The translations under genes were made by a program, and so were the position numbers. From a virus, in the IMG/VR virus record IMGVR_UViG_3300036884_000495, positions 1 through 64,000 of that record: a stretch of DNA of 64,000 bases; one strand, written 5' to 3'. Every line of letters starts with the position of its first letter. Within the stretch, counting starts at the first letter, position 1. Below, piece by piece: positions 55,549 through 64,000 of this stretch. Under the pieces are notes generated by a model, which was given only the letters and a program-made list of their open reading frames with translations, ran no database searches and was not told where the DNA came from.

Positions 55549-57266
55549 GTGTCGGGAAACCCTATGAGGACTGGTTCATACGGTCCGCCCGCCTCAGTAG
55601 GCCAGGACCGCAAGTGGTTTATCAGTTTACGGGCCATGCCAATGACAGGGCCGATGTTGTCTACGACAGCTAGAAGAACAGGTTGCTTCTTCCCAGGAAC
55701 GGGCCGTGTGGGCCGCCCTATGAGCTGCTGTAGTGCATTCGAATCAGAGAACAGCGACGACAGGATGACCGTGTCGAGGCGTGGGTTGTTCATACCCTCC
55801 TTGCCGTACTTCATGATGGAGAAGATGATGTCGCGTTCTTTTATGAACTTCTGGCGCGTGGCCGGCGGCACCGACTCTGTAAGCATGCCCACGTGCTTTA
55901 CTTCTTTCGTGAGCTGTTGGATGTACTGGCGCTGTCGCTTGGCAAGTTCGTTGTCAAGCTTTACGGCAACTTCGTGTTGCTTTAGCGACTGCAGGCATAG
56001 GTTCAAGGAAGCCTGTAGGGTGGCCGTGTCCGGCCCGCCTGCCGCCTTGGTGATCTGCGCATTGAGTGCCGCTATCTTTCGCTCAAGCTTCTCGCGGTCT
56101 CTCTTTTGCAGCAAGATTGGATTGAGCTGCTCTCCGATATCGGCGAGCGTGGGGAGGGGGATGTCTGTGTACAGCGGGTGTCCCGGGCGTTCCCAACAAG
56201 TAGCTAAGTTGACGATTTCTGCGACGCTGTTTCCAAGTAGCATCACCGTACGCCCGACGGCATGCGCCTCGTGTACAAGACGTAGCATTTGGTTCATCCG
56301 CTCTGGCCACTGCCCGTTGTAGGACGTGAGCTTCGAGAGGTGTACTTCTTGGTTGATGTCCATGACCTTGCCAGCCACCAGCGGGTCACGGAGATTGAGT
56401 TCGAGACCCGTCCACACGAAGCCGAAGGACGGCTGCATCAAGGGAGCCAAGTCTTTGATCAAGACAGGGCCTATGTGGCCTTCGGATAGAACATGCAGAC
56501 CGTCAGAGCGCTCTGGAGTTGCTGTCAACCCGTAGCGCGCTCCGTAGAACATGTCCGCGGTTTTGGAGAACATAGGCGCCGGACAGTGGTGCGCCTCCTC
56601 CCAGAAGATCTGCCCGAACCAACGGCGCGCTTCTTCTGGGATGGTGTCCGCCCAGTTGGCGATGGAGTGGTATGTGGCGAGTACGAGCCCCTTCTGCCAC
56701 TCCTTCTTTCCCTGGCCGAAGATGCCCACACCACCAGGCACGTCGAGGAGGGCCTCTACTTCGCCCATCCACTGGTGCAGAAGGTTGGTGTTGTCGATGA
56801 TGACGAGCGCGGGGACGCGCCCTTGTGCGATCTTCTCAAGGGCGATGACGGTCTTACCTCGTCCACAGGCGAGCTGTACAATACCACCGGGTGCACCGAG
56901 CATGGCATCTAGACTGCGCTGTTGGAGCGTCTCCCCCGTGGGCATCAGCACCTTCTTTCCGTCCACTAGCTGCAGTCGGTGATCGAGTTTGATTCGACTT
57001 TTGAAGTCGATGGTTTGGTGCGTGCGCGGGCGGCAATCGATCACGCGGCATGGAAGGCGCGTGGGGTCCCAGTGGTTCCGAGGAAGAAGCAGATGGTGCT
57101 GCGATTCTTTCCATAGGTAAAGAAGCCGCGTATGGCCTTCACCATACGCGGACGCGATCTCGTACGTGAGCGCGCTCTTTACGCTGTTTTGATCGACGTA
57201 CTTCTTGGGCACCCATAAGAACCTATCCAGATAGGCGCATTCTGGGTCCCTTCTTACAATGTACAT
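55497..57266 (-). CDS. Superfamily 2 (ResIII/UvsW-like) helicase
   Basis: CGRGKT, WEEAHH, GLTATPERSDG, EGMNNPRLDTV, QLIGRPTR. Confidence 0.88.
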   Translation of the reverse strand: MYIVRRDPECAYLDRFLWVPKKYVDQNSVKSALTYEIASAYGEGHTRLLYLWKESQHHLLLPRNHWDPTRLPCRVIDCRPRTHQTIDFKSRIKLDHRLQLVDGKKVLMPTGETLQQRSLDAMLGAPGGIVQLACGRGKTVIALEKIAQGRVPALVIIDNTNLLHQWMGEVEALLDVPGGVGIFGQGKKEWQKGLVLATYHSIANWADTIPEEARRWFGQIFWEEAHHCPAPMFSKTADMFYGARYGLTATPERSDGLHVLSEGHIGPVLIKDLAPLMQPSFGFVWTGLELNLRDPLVAGKVMDINQEVHLSKLTSYNGQWPERMNQMLRLVHEAHAVGRTVMLLGNSVAEIVNLATCWERPGHPLYTDIPLPTLADIGEQLNPILLQKRDREKLERKIAALNAQITKAAGGPDTATLQASLNLCLQSLKQHEVAVKLDNELAKRQRQYIQQLTKEVKHVGMLTESVPPATRQKFIKERDIIFSIMKYGKEGMNNPRLDTVILSSLFSDSNALQQLIGRPTRPVPGKKQPVLLAVVDNIGPVIGMARKLINHLRSWPTEAGGPYEPVLIGFPDTWRSKNKMQATTNLFGQ

Positions 57267-57279
57267 GGTTCTTCCGAAC

Positions 57280-58041
57280 CTAGCCGCCCCACGGAAAATG
57301 GTCCATCATGTTCGCCGCGGTCCAGAGCATCCCCTTCAAACCTGCACGCATCATGCTGTTGCACACCATGGGCAGTAGCTTGCCGTTGTAGGGTTCTGGC
57401 ACCGTGAGATACGCGGGGACTTGTGCGCCCATTTGCACGTGGTTCTGTGGAACAAACGCCGGCATGTGTGCCTGCGCGGGGTCCACCATGTACGTGGGCA
57501 TTTGCTGTTGCGGATACATCGCCTGTGGCTGCTGCGGGTAGGTCGCCTGCGGTACACGCGGTGGTTGCAGCACAGGCTGCGGTTGTTGTACTTGCTGCTG
57601 CGTTATCGGCTGTTGTACTTGCTGCCGGGCGGCGAGTTGTTGTTGCAGGTCCGCTTGTGTGAACGACCTTTGGGGTTGCTGCAGTGGCACCATTGTGGGC
57701 TGCGCGTACTGTGTGGGCATCGGCCGCATTGGTGCAGACGGTAGCGGGGCGCGCGGCAGCTCCCCTATGATTGGCGGAAATCCCACTGTCCTTGTCTGGT
57801 TCAATTGTGTCTCCTGACATGCCCTGTAGTGAGAGCACTGATTTCGTATTGAGCTATTCCCTGTCCAGAATGTTGGGTCTTCCCCTCCTTTGCATTTCAC
57901 GTTTGTGTCGCTGTGTAGCTGTCCGAAGCAGACAGGCCCCGTCCACCCACAGTAATTGCAACGGCTCTCCTCCGAGCCGTCGCTCTTGGCTGTGATGTAA
58001 ACAGTGCTGCATCTGCAGCTCGGACACAGTTTGGTTTCCAT
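57280..58041 (-). CDS. Cys-rich, Q/P-rich hypothetical protein (first gene of the replication operon)
   Basis: AAGGAG RBS; CPSC/CNYC Zn ribbon, further Cys, long Q/P tract. Confidence 0.7.
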   Translation of the reverse strand: METKLCPSCRCSTVYITAKSDGSEESRCNYCGWTGPVCFGQLHSDTNVKCKGGEDPTFWTGNSSIRNQCSHYRACQETQLNQTRTVGFPPIIGELPRAPLPSAPMRPMPTQYAQPTMVPLQQPQRSFTQADLQQQLAARQQVQQPITQQQVQQPQPVLQPPRVPQATYPQQPQAMYPQQQMPTYMVDPAQAHMPAFVPQNHVQMGAQVPAYLTVPEPYNGKLLPMVCNSMMRAGLKGMLWTAANMMDHFPWGG

Positions 58042-58141
58042 GTGTCTCCTTGGGGCTAGGTGTGCTTGCCTCCATTTCTCTTATGCCCGACGCTTCGCTA
58101 CTCTTTCTACTGCGTGATTGTGCTACTTTGAGGCGAGGCCT

Positions 58142-59743
58142 ATGGAAAAGATCAGCGGTTTAGTCCTGGATGTATTCGACGACCCCAGTGGTCACGTGCT
58201 CAAAAGTCTCTACCCGAAGGCGTCGGATCTCCCGGAGAACGTGAAGACGGCATCGGTCGTTTCGCGGGATCAGCTTGATCAGCTCCCTGACGACGTCTTC
58301 GCCCTTGTTTTGCACCAGGGTGATACGACCCTGAGAAAGTATGCCTGTCTTGACAGCGGGCACACGCTGCTGAACATCGGCTACTTCATAATGAATCACG
58401 AGAAGCTGCCTTTGGAGGCAATCAAGACAGCGGCCTCGAATCTTGTTACGGCCTGTCATTGGTACGACATCGAGCCACCAGAGGAGCTGAAGAAGCTCAG
58501 TACAGGGAACATCGATGTCATCGGCCGCCAACGCATCTGGAAGGATACGGACGGCACGACCTACGGCCATGACAACGCCGGCTGGGATCTACACAAGACC
58601 GCTGATGTTGTGGGCACTGCGGATATGCCGAACGCCTTCGGCTTGGACGATCTAAAGAGCCGCCTGAAGACGCCTCTATCCTCGCCCAAGACCGCCGCTG
58701 ACGGCATGACGAACTTGGTGGATACGGACGCCGCCACGAGGGGCGACGAGGATACCATCCTCGAACAAGCGTTCGCCATCCCCGGTATGAATCCTGCGGC
58801 GTTTCCGCAGGTGAAGACTACGCTTAGCCCGCATGTGGACGTGACAAACAAGGAGCCGCCGACGCTCATCGAAGAAAAGAAGGCGAGCTACTACGCGCTT
58901 CCCTACGAACGCCGCTACCCGCTCGATAGCTACGCGCAGGTGAAGGCCGCAAGCGCGTACTTCGACGAATACCAGTGCATGCTGGCCCCCGACGATCGGC
59001 ACACGTTCGCCGTCAACCTTCTTCGTCGCGCGGAGCCTCTGGAGATCTCGGTGAGCGATGCGGTACAGAACTACGGGCAAACGAAGTACGCGTCGGCGGA
59101 GCACCTAGAGGTGTGTGTCGGCCAGCGCATTCAGCTTCTTGTACCTCTTGCTGACGGCTTCAATGTGCTGTCGAAGATCGCTGAGATTGTGCCTACGCAC
59201 GCGCACTTCAAGTCCATGGGCTTGAACGACGCCGATTCCGCGGACATGGCAACCAATTGGCACAAGCTGAAAGCGCATTTGACAGACGCCGATCACCAGA
59301 GCTATCAAGATGCTTTCAAAAAGCACGATGCCTCAAAGACCGCCAGCGTACATGCACTCGGTTTGTACCGTGACTTACTCGTGCAGCGCCCCCTGCTGGA
59401 CCCGGAAGTCTTCGCGCGCACCCTCGGCGAAGTCGATAAGGTAGCCGGCCTCGACGAGTTCTGGGACCACGATGTCATTGACCCCTTTGCATCGACGTTT
59501 CACAAGGCGGCGGAAGAGGACGGCACGAAAGACGCACTCGTCGTGGGTAACGAGTACATGAGCCTCAAGGCGCTCAAGTACTTCGTCATGCAGAAGCCTG
59601 ACGTCCTTCGCCGCAAGTTCAGCGAGGAGTTCGTCAAAGAGTTCCAGGCGGACCCACAGGGCATCTTCGAGTCATTGCCCATCGACCAGAAGATGGTCAT
59701 CATGCGCATTGTGAATACAGCCAATGAAACAACTGCTACATAG
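58142..59743 (+). CDS. Putative head-associated protein with repeated K-x-A motifs
   Basis: First gene of the operon leading to the portal-like gene; GAGG RBS. Confidence 0.7.
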   Translation: MEKISGLVLDVFDDPSGHVLKSLYPKASDLPENVKTASVVSRDQLDQLPDDVFALVLHQGDTTLRKYACLDSGHTLLNIGYFIMNHEKLPLEAIKTAASNLVTACHWYDIEPPEELKKLSTGNIDVIGRQRIWKDTDGTTYGHDNAGWDLHKTADVVGTADMPNAFGLDDLKSRLKTPLSSPKTAADGMTNLVDTDAATRGDEDTILEQAFAIPGMNPAAFPQVKTTLSPHVDVTNKEPPTLIEEKKASYYALPYERRYPLDSYAQVKAASAYFDEYQCMLAPDDRHTFAVNLLRRAEPLEISVSDAVQNYGQTKYASAEHLEVCVGQRIQLLVPLADGFNVLSKIAEIVPTHAHFKSMGLNDADSADMATNWHKLKAHLTDADHQSYQDAFKKHDASKTASVHALGLYRDLLVQRPLLDPEVFARTLGEVDKVAGLDEFWDHDVIDPFASTFHKAAEEDGTKDALVVGNEYMSLKALKYFVMQKPDVLRRKFSEEFVKEFQADPQGIFESLPIDQKMVIMRIVNTANETTAT

Positions 59744-59751
59744 GCGGCCCA

Positions 59752-60585
59752 ATGCCTACCAATTTCTTCCCGGAGCCCGGCGGCCCTGAAACGAAAGCCG
59801 TCGAACAAGTAGCTGCGCGCGGTACAAGCGAGGAAACGCCGAAGACCATCGCACGTCTTGTGAACGCACCCTTGGACGGGGAGACGACGCGCGTAAAGGA
59901 AACCCTAGAACCGCGCACGCATCTGGATGTCAAGCCGGCCCCGCGCATCCCCGCGGGCATGAACCTATTCCAGCACCCGGACGCCCACCCATTCGCCTTG
60001 GATGTCGCGCTGATGAAGGAGTACGGGCCAGAGTGGCTGGAGTGGGAGATGCCCTTGCTCGCCGCGAAGGTCCGCATGGACTTCAAAACACAGAGCATCA
60101 GCACCCTGAACATCGACAAGATCCAAGCGGTGAAGACGCTGCATCTCGTGGACACCTTTTGGTCGGAGTGGCTTGTGTTCAATCCGTGCACGCAGGCGCT
60201 GTCTGGTATGCATGCGGAGTTTCGCGTGCTGAGCGCGCCCACGGTGCCCCAGGCGATGATTGCGGTGGACATCGCGGCGAAGTTGCGAAGTGACCTGCCC
60301 TACAGCCTTGAAGTCAAAGGGTTCTTGTCGGCGGTTCACATTCACGATGGCATGCTTGTACCCATCGATCCGCTCGCCGATTTCGTGGAGGTGGACGCTT
60401 CCCGCTATGATGTGGATGTCGCCCGCGTACGGAAGCTTTGGGAAGGCGTGCGCGCCGCGAACAAGGCGCCCAGTGGGATGACGCCAGAGAACGTACAGCT
60501 ACAACGAATGCTCGAGGCGCATAACATCCTCGAGGATAGCCGGCGGCAGCTCCGCGATCAGCTGCCACTCTTGTACCATGATTGA
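59752..60585 (+). CDS. Hypothetical protein, 277 aa
   Basis: ORF in the head operon. Confidence 0.7.
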   Translation: MPTNFFPEPGGPETKAVEQVAARGTSEETPKTIARLVNAPLDGETTRVKETLEPRTHLDVKPAPRIPAGMNLFQHPDAHPFALDVALMKEYGPEWLEWEMPLLAAKVRMDFKTQSISTLNIDKIQAVKTLHLVDTFWSEWLVFNPCTQALSGMHAEFRVLSAPTVPQAMIAVDIAAKLRSDLPYSLEVKGFLSAVHIHDGMLVPIDPLADFVEVDASRYDVDVARVRKLWEGVRAANKAPSGMTPENVQLQRMLEAHNILEDSRRQLRDQLPLLYHD

Positions 60586-61753
60586 CCCATTCCTCCTCGA
60601 GTACATGCGTCGTGAGATGTGCAAGGAAGCAATTCCGTTCGCCGTCCCCCCTTCCTTGCGGTCGGCGGCTCAAAACGCCGGCCGATACCTTGCCCCCGCA
60701 GCCCAGAGCGCCGGCAAGTACCTTACGCAATCCGCAGGGAACATCGGCGCGGGTATGGGCGTGGGCGCAGTTGCTGGCGGCCTTGCCGGTGGTATCCACG
60801 GGGCAGTCAAAGGCTATCGAGGCAACCCAGAGGAAGAAGGTAGCGGTGGCGTTATCGGCGCCCTTGGCGGTGGTCTGTCTGGTCTGGGTCGCGGCACCCT
60901 GGCGGGAACAGCCATCGGAGGTGCGGCGGGCTTGGCATCCGGCGGCCGCGGGTCGCAACAGGTGCAGCAGCTTACGAGAGGCGCGTACAACCCCCTTGGC
61001 ATCGCCGCGCGCATGGGACAGCGCCAACTGCACTCCGTGACCGGGCTCGTTCCAGGAGGGGCGCAGCGGGGCTCTCAGGAGTACATCAAGGCGCTCACGC
61101 AGATCAATGCGGGCGGGCTTCAAACAAAAGCGCAGGCGCTTGCCACAGCCTCGAATCCGCAGCGGTCCTTTGTGGGTAAGCTTCTTGGGCGTGCGGCGCC
61201 TGTTGCAGACCCCGCGCACGTCATGCAGGCACACCAAGCATACGATGCCGCTGTACAGGCCGCGCACGCAGGGCAGACAAGCGTCGTGGGCCTGGGACAC
61301 AATCTCGCGGAGAAGGGCCTACGGCGTGGCGGCGCTGACATTCTGCACGCGGCTGGTAGCAACCTAAAGCAGCAGGGTGTCGTCGGCGGGGGCCTTATGC
61401 TCGCGGGCGCCGCCGCTCCTATAGCAATGGCGGCAGCCTCTCAAGATGACCCGAACAACCCCACGAAGGGGAGGAACGTAGGGCAGGCAGCAGGCCAAGG
61501 AATCGCGGGTGCGCTCACGCCCATGATCGGTTCTACGGGCGCACAGCTTATAGGGCGTGGCGGTAGTGCAGTAGGCGGTACAATCGGGTCGGGCATCGAC
61601 AAAATAGTAGGTGCAGTTCGCCGCCCTTCTGGTAGTGGTTTTGGTGCAGGTTCAACCACTCCGGGCGCGCAACCCGACTTGGCCTCGCCGCCCGTACAGC
61701 GTGAGTACACCAACGCCGCTCTCGGCAAACCACCTGAAGGTCTCCAGCTATGA
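60578..61753 (+). CDS. Gly/Ala-rich glycine-zipper protein (putative internal virion/ejection protein)
   Basis: Repeated GxxxG hydrophobic segments; directly upstream of the portal-like gene. Confidence 0.55.
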   Translation: MIDPFLLEYMRREMCKEAIPFAVPPSLRSAAQNAGRYLAPAAQSAGKYLTQSAGNIGAGMGVGAVAGGLAGGIHGAVKGYRGNPEEEGSGGVIGALGGGLSGLGRGTLAGTAIGGAAGLASGGRGSQQVQQLTRGAYNPLGIAARMGQRQLHSVTGLVPGGAQRGSQEYIKALTQINAGGLQTKAQALATASNPQRSFVGKLLGRAAPVADPAHVMQAHQAYDAAVQAAHAGQTSVVGLGHNLAEKGLRRGGADILHAAGSNLKQQGVVGGGLMLAGAAAPIAMAAASQDDPNNPTKGRNVGQAAGQGIAGALTPMIGSTGAQLIGRGGSAVGGTIGSGIDKIVGAVRRPSGSGFGAGSTTPGAQPDLASPPVQREYTNAALGKPPEGLQL

Positions 61754-64000
61754 GTTTTTCCTTTGGCAACTTCTCCCTAGGGTCTGCATCGGGCGCAGGG
61801 CGATTAGCCGGCGGAATGACCCGCGGACGCATGCAGGGTGGCAACACTCAAGGGGTCAACTACCCCTCGCCGTTCTTCGATGTAGCGCACACGTATCTGC
61901 CGACAACCGTCAAGCAGATGTTCAAGTTCTGTCGCTACTACTTCATGACGAACCCGTTGATCAACGCGATCGTCTGCAAGCTCTCAGAGTACCCAGTCAC
62001 GGACATCGTGATCGACCACGAAGACCCCGAGGTTGTTCGCCGGTGGACGGAGTACTTCAACGAAACCATTCGCTTTCGGTCCTTTCAGATTGAGTGCGGG
62101 CTGGACTACCACGCGTACGGAACAAGTGCGGTGAGTCTGAGCTTCCCCTTTCAGAAGTACCTCACATGCACCGCGTGTGGCTTCAGCGAACAAGCGCGCA
62201 AGATTCGTGAAAACTGGATATATTCTAGCCACGAATTTCGTCTGACCTGCCCCAAGTGCGGACAGACGGGCGCGGCCACTCCGAAGGACTGGTACTACCG
62301 CGATGCCAGCGCCATCAAACCCGTACGTTGGAACGCGGAGGATATCGAAGTTAGCTACAACGACATCACGGGTGACTGCACGTACTTCTACACGATGCCG
62401 GCCCCCGTCCGTGCAGACGTCACGCTTGGGAAGAAGGACATCGTAGAAACGATGCCCCAGATCTTCTTGCAGGCCATGCGCCAGGAGAAGGGCGTTGTCT
62501 TCAGCAAGGCGAACCTGTTCACGATGAAGCGCCCTGGACTTGCCACGCAAGACCGCGGGTGGGGCACACCACTGATTCTGCCAGTGCTGAAGGACACCTT
62601 CTATCTGCAGATCATGAAGAAGGCCCAAGAATGCGTGGCGCCAGGGACTTTGCTGGAAACGCCAGCAGGCTTGCAGCCCGCCGGTTCTTTGGGCGTGGGG
62701 GATATTGTCCGTAGCCACACGGGCGCTTGGCGCCATATCACACAGAAGAAGCTGCGACCTATGCTGGCCGAGAACGGGGATTATGCAGTCAAGTTTTCCA
62801 TCAGCGGGTTGCGGCAGCTGCCAAGTACGGTCTCAAATACGCACCCGATATACGTACTGCGCAGGAACCAAAAGAATCGCCGTATAGATACGAAGGAGCA
62901 CCGGCGCTCAAGCTATATGCTGCGAAATCCCAGCCTGTACGACCTGCATTTTGTGGACGCCGGAGAGATAGAAGTAGGGCAATATGTCGGGTACCCGATC
63001 GCGCGCAGCAAGGATTGTACGGAAGTAGATCTGGCTTCGTACGCGGGCGACTTCGCGGTTACGGAGAAGTACGTATACAGCGGTGTTAGTCTGGCTACTG
63101 CTACGGCTTTCGAAAGCCTAGAGGCAGGGGAGCGCGTACTTCACAACAATGCAGGGCGTGTAGCAAAGAGGGCTATTGCGGCGGTAGATGCCCCAAAGCG
63201 CGCAGAGCGGTGGCTGGAGTTGGATGAAGACCTGGCATACATCGCGGGCTGGTACGTGGGTGATGGGAGCATCGGTGCGCGCCGCGTGGACTTCTCTATG
63301 GGCCCTGATGACAACGGCGTCGAACTAGAGCAAGCGATTGATCGCGTGTTTGGTTGTGTGTGCACGCATACTCCGTCTGAAACTTCTCGCGGATGGAACT
63401 TGTGCGCATCCGAAACAATCTTTTCCCAGTTCTTTTCCAACTGGATTCCTGGGGGTTCGCATGAGAAGCGAATACCGAGAGAGGTACTAGAGGCACCGAA
63501 TGCCATCGTCCTTGCTTTTTTCCGTGGGTACCTAGAAGCAGACGGGTGGACGCGCGGTGATGGCAGCCGAATAGCTGCATGCCTTTGTAATGGCGGCCTC
63601 GCATATCAGCTGTGGCAGCTGTCGCTTAGTTTGCGCTGCATAGCCACCGTTTCGGAACGAGAGAGTACGGAGACAACCATCACGAACCGCAAAGGGAAGA
63701 AGATGGTGTTAAGTGCCGGGCGTCCCGTGTTCCAATTCGCGGTGAATACAGCGTCTGCCCGGCGCTTGTGCGGCCTAATGGAGGGGCGTGACGTTGACTC
63801 CATTGAAACAGGCAAGAGTGGCTTCTTTCTGGGGGACTACTTTCTAGGGAGAATCAATAGCGTTGAGTGCGTCCCCTGCTCTGAGGTCATTAGCTTCGAG
63901 GTGGAGGAGGAGCACACATTCTGTCTACCTGGCATGGCCACACACAACAGCATTTTACTCGAGCACATAGTCCCCCTGCGTATCTTGTTCCCACAAGCCG
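61750..64000 (+). CDS. Putative portal protein, intein-containing, truncated by the window end (absent from the ORF track)
   Basis: Open from ATG 61750 to the window end; CRYYFMTNPLINAIVCKLSEYPVTD, GLDYHAYGTS and GWGTPLILPVLK are portal-like motifs. Confidence 0.7.
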   Translation, partial: MSFSFGNFSLGSASGAGRLAGGMTRGRMQGGNTQGVNYPSPFFDVAHTYLPTTVKQMFKFCRYYFMTNPLINAIVCKLSEYPVTDIVIDHEDPEVVRRWTEYFNETIRFRSFQIECGLDYHAYGTSAVSLSFPFQKYLTCTACGFSEQARKIRENWIYSSHEFRLTCPKCGQTGAATPKDWYYRDASAIKPVRWNAEDIEVSYNDITGDCTYFYTMPAPVRADVTLGKKDIVETMPQIFLQAMRQEKGVVFSKANLFTMKRPGLATQDRGWGTPLILPVLKDTFYLQIMKKAQECVAPGTLLETPAGLQPAGSLGVGDIVRSHTGAWRHITQKKLRPMLAENGDYAVKFSISGLRQLPSTVSNTHPIYVLRRNQKNRRIDTKEHRRSSYMLRNPSLYDLHFVDAGEIEVGQYVGYPIARSKDCTEVDLASYAGDFAVTEKYVYSGVSLATATAFESLEAGERVLHNNAGRVAKRAIAAVDAPKRAERWLELDEDLAYIAGWYVGDGSIGARRVDFSMGPDDNGVELEQAIDRVFGCVCTHTPSETSRGWNLCASETIFSQFFSNWIPGGSHEKRIPREVLEAPNAIVLAFFRGYLEADGWTRGDGSRIAACLCNGGLAYQLWQLSLSLRCIATVSERESTETTITNRKGKKMVLSAGRPVFQFAVNTASARRLCGLMEGRDVDSIETGKSGFFLGDYFLGRINSVECVPCSEVISFEVEEEHTFCLPGMATHNSILLEHIVPLRILFPQA
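62632..63948 (+). mobile_element. Intein (439 aa) with a LAGLIDADG homing endonuclease
   Basis: N-terminal C-VAPGTLLET, block B VSNTHPIY, LAYIAGWYVGDGS, FFRGYLEADG, C-terminal SFEVEEEHTF...THN followed by Ser+1. Confidence 0.92.

Noticed and set aside
55312-56322. 336-aa + strand ORF and other long antisense ORFs (e.g. 60314-61300, 51495-52286)
   Set aside because: They are antisense shadows of well-supported genes in GC-rich DNA.
1-64000. Stop-codon reassignment
   Set aside because: Conserved genes are intact in code 11, and TAG, TGA and TAA all end genes at sensible positions.
1-64000. Integrated prophage or bacterial chromosome
   Set aside because: No integrase, att site or host genes are visible. 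Lifestyle cannot be decided from this window.

Overview
This window is a 64-kb segment of a large, GC-rich tailed dsDNA phage genome. I see no bacterial housekeeping genes, integrase, rRNA or CRISPR array. It has five blocks. (i) 1-2.6 kb: + strand virion genes. (ii) 2.7-21.6 kb: mostly - strand small early/accessory genes, including a phage N6-adenine methylase, ThyX, a GIY-YIG nuclease, a SLOG protein and an ATP-dependent ligase. This block is interrupted by + strand islands: two tandem 357-aa paralogs and a GH25/DUF1906-like muramidase. (iii) 21.7-41.3 kb: + strand baseplate and tail-fibre module, a holin/lipoprotein/papain-like protease cassette and a GNAT-pyrophosphatase-like fusion. (iv) 41.3-58 kb: - strand replication/recombination operon (RusA, UvsY-like, Cas4-like nuclease, Hjc-like nuclease, RecA, HU, PolA, SSB-like, DnaG, DnaB, family-4 UDG, SF2 helicase). 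(v) 58 kb to end: + strand head module ending in a portal-like gene that carries a LAGLIDADG intein and runs off the window. The style of the lipoprotein and lysozyme-like genes suggests a myxobacterial host (inference only). The most notable unexplained signals are: a 140-nt tRNA-shaped ncRNA with no anticodon arm (3608-3747); a pseudoknotted ncRNA candidate (11529-11711); a probable programmed -1 frameshift at the end of the replication operon (41341-41532); Q/P-rich prion-like tracts on three replication-operon proteins; a recurrent K-x-A motif in head proteins; and two promoter classes. All family assignments come from motif recognition by eye, not from database searches.
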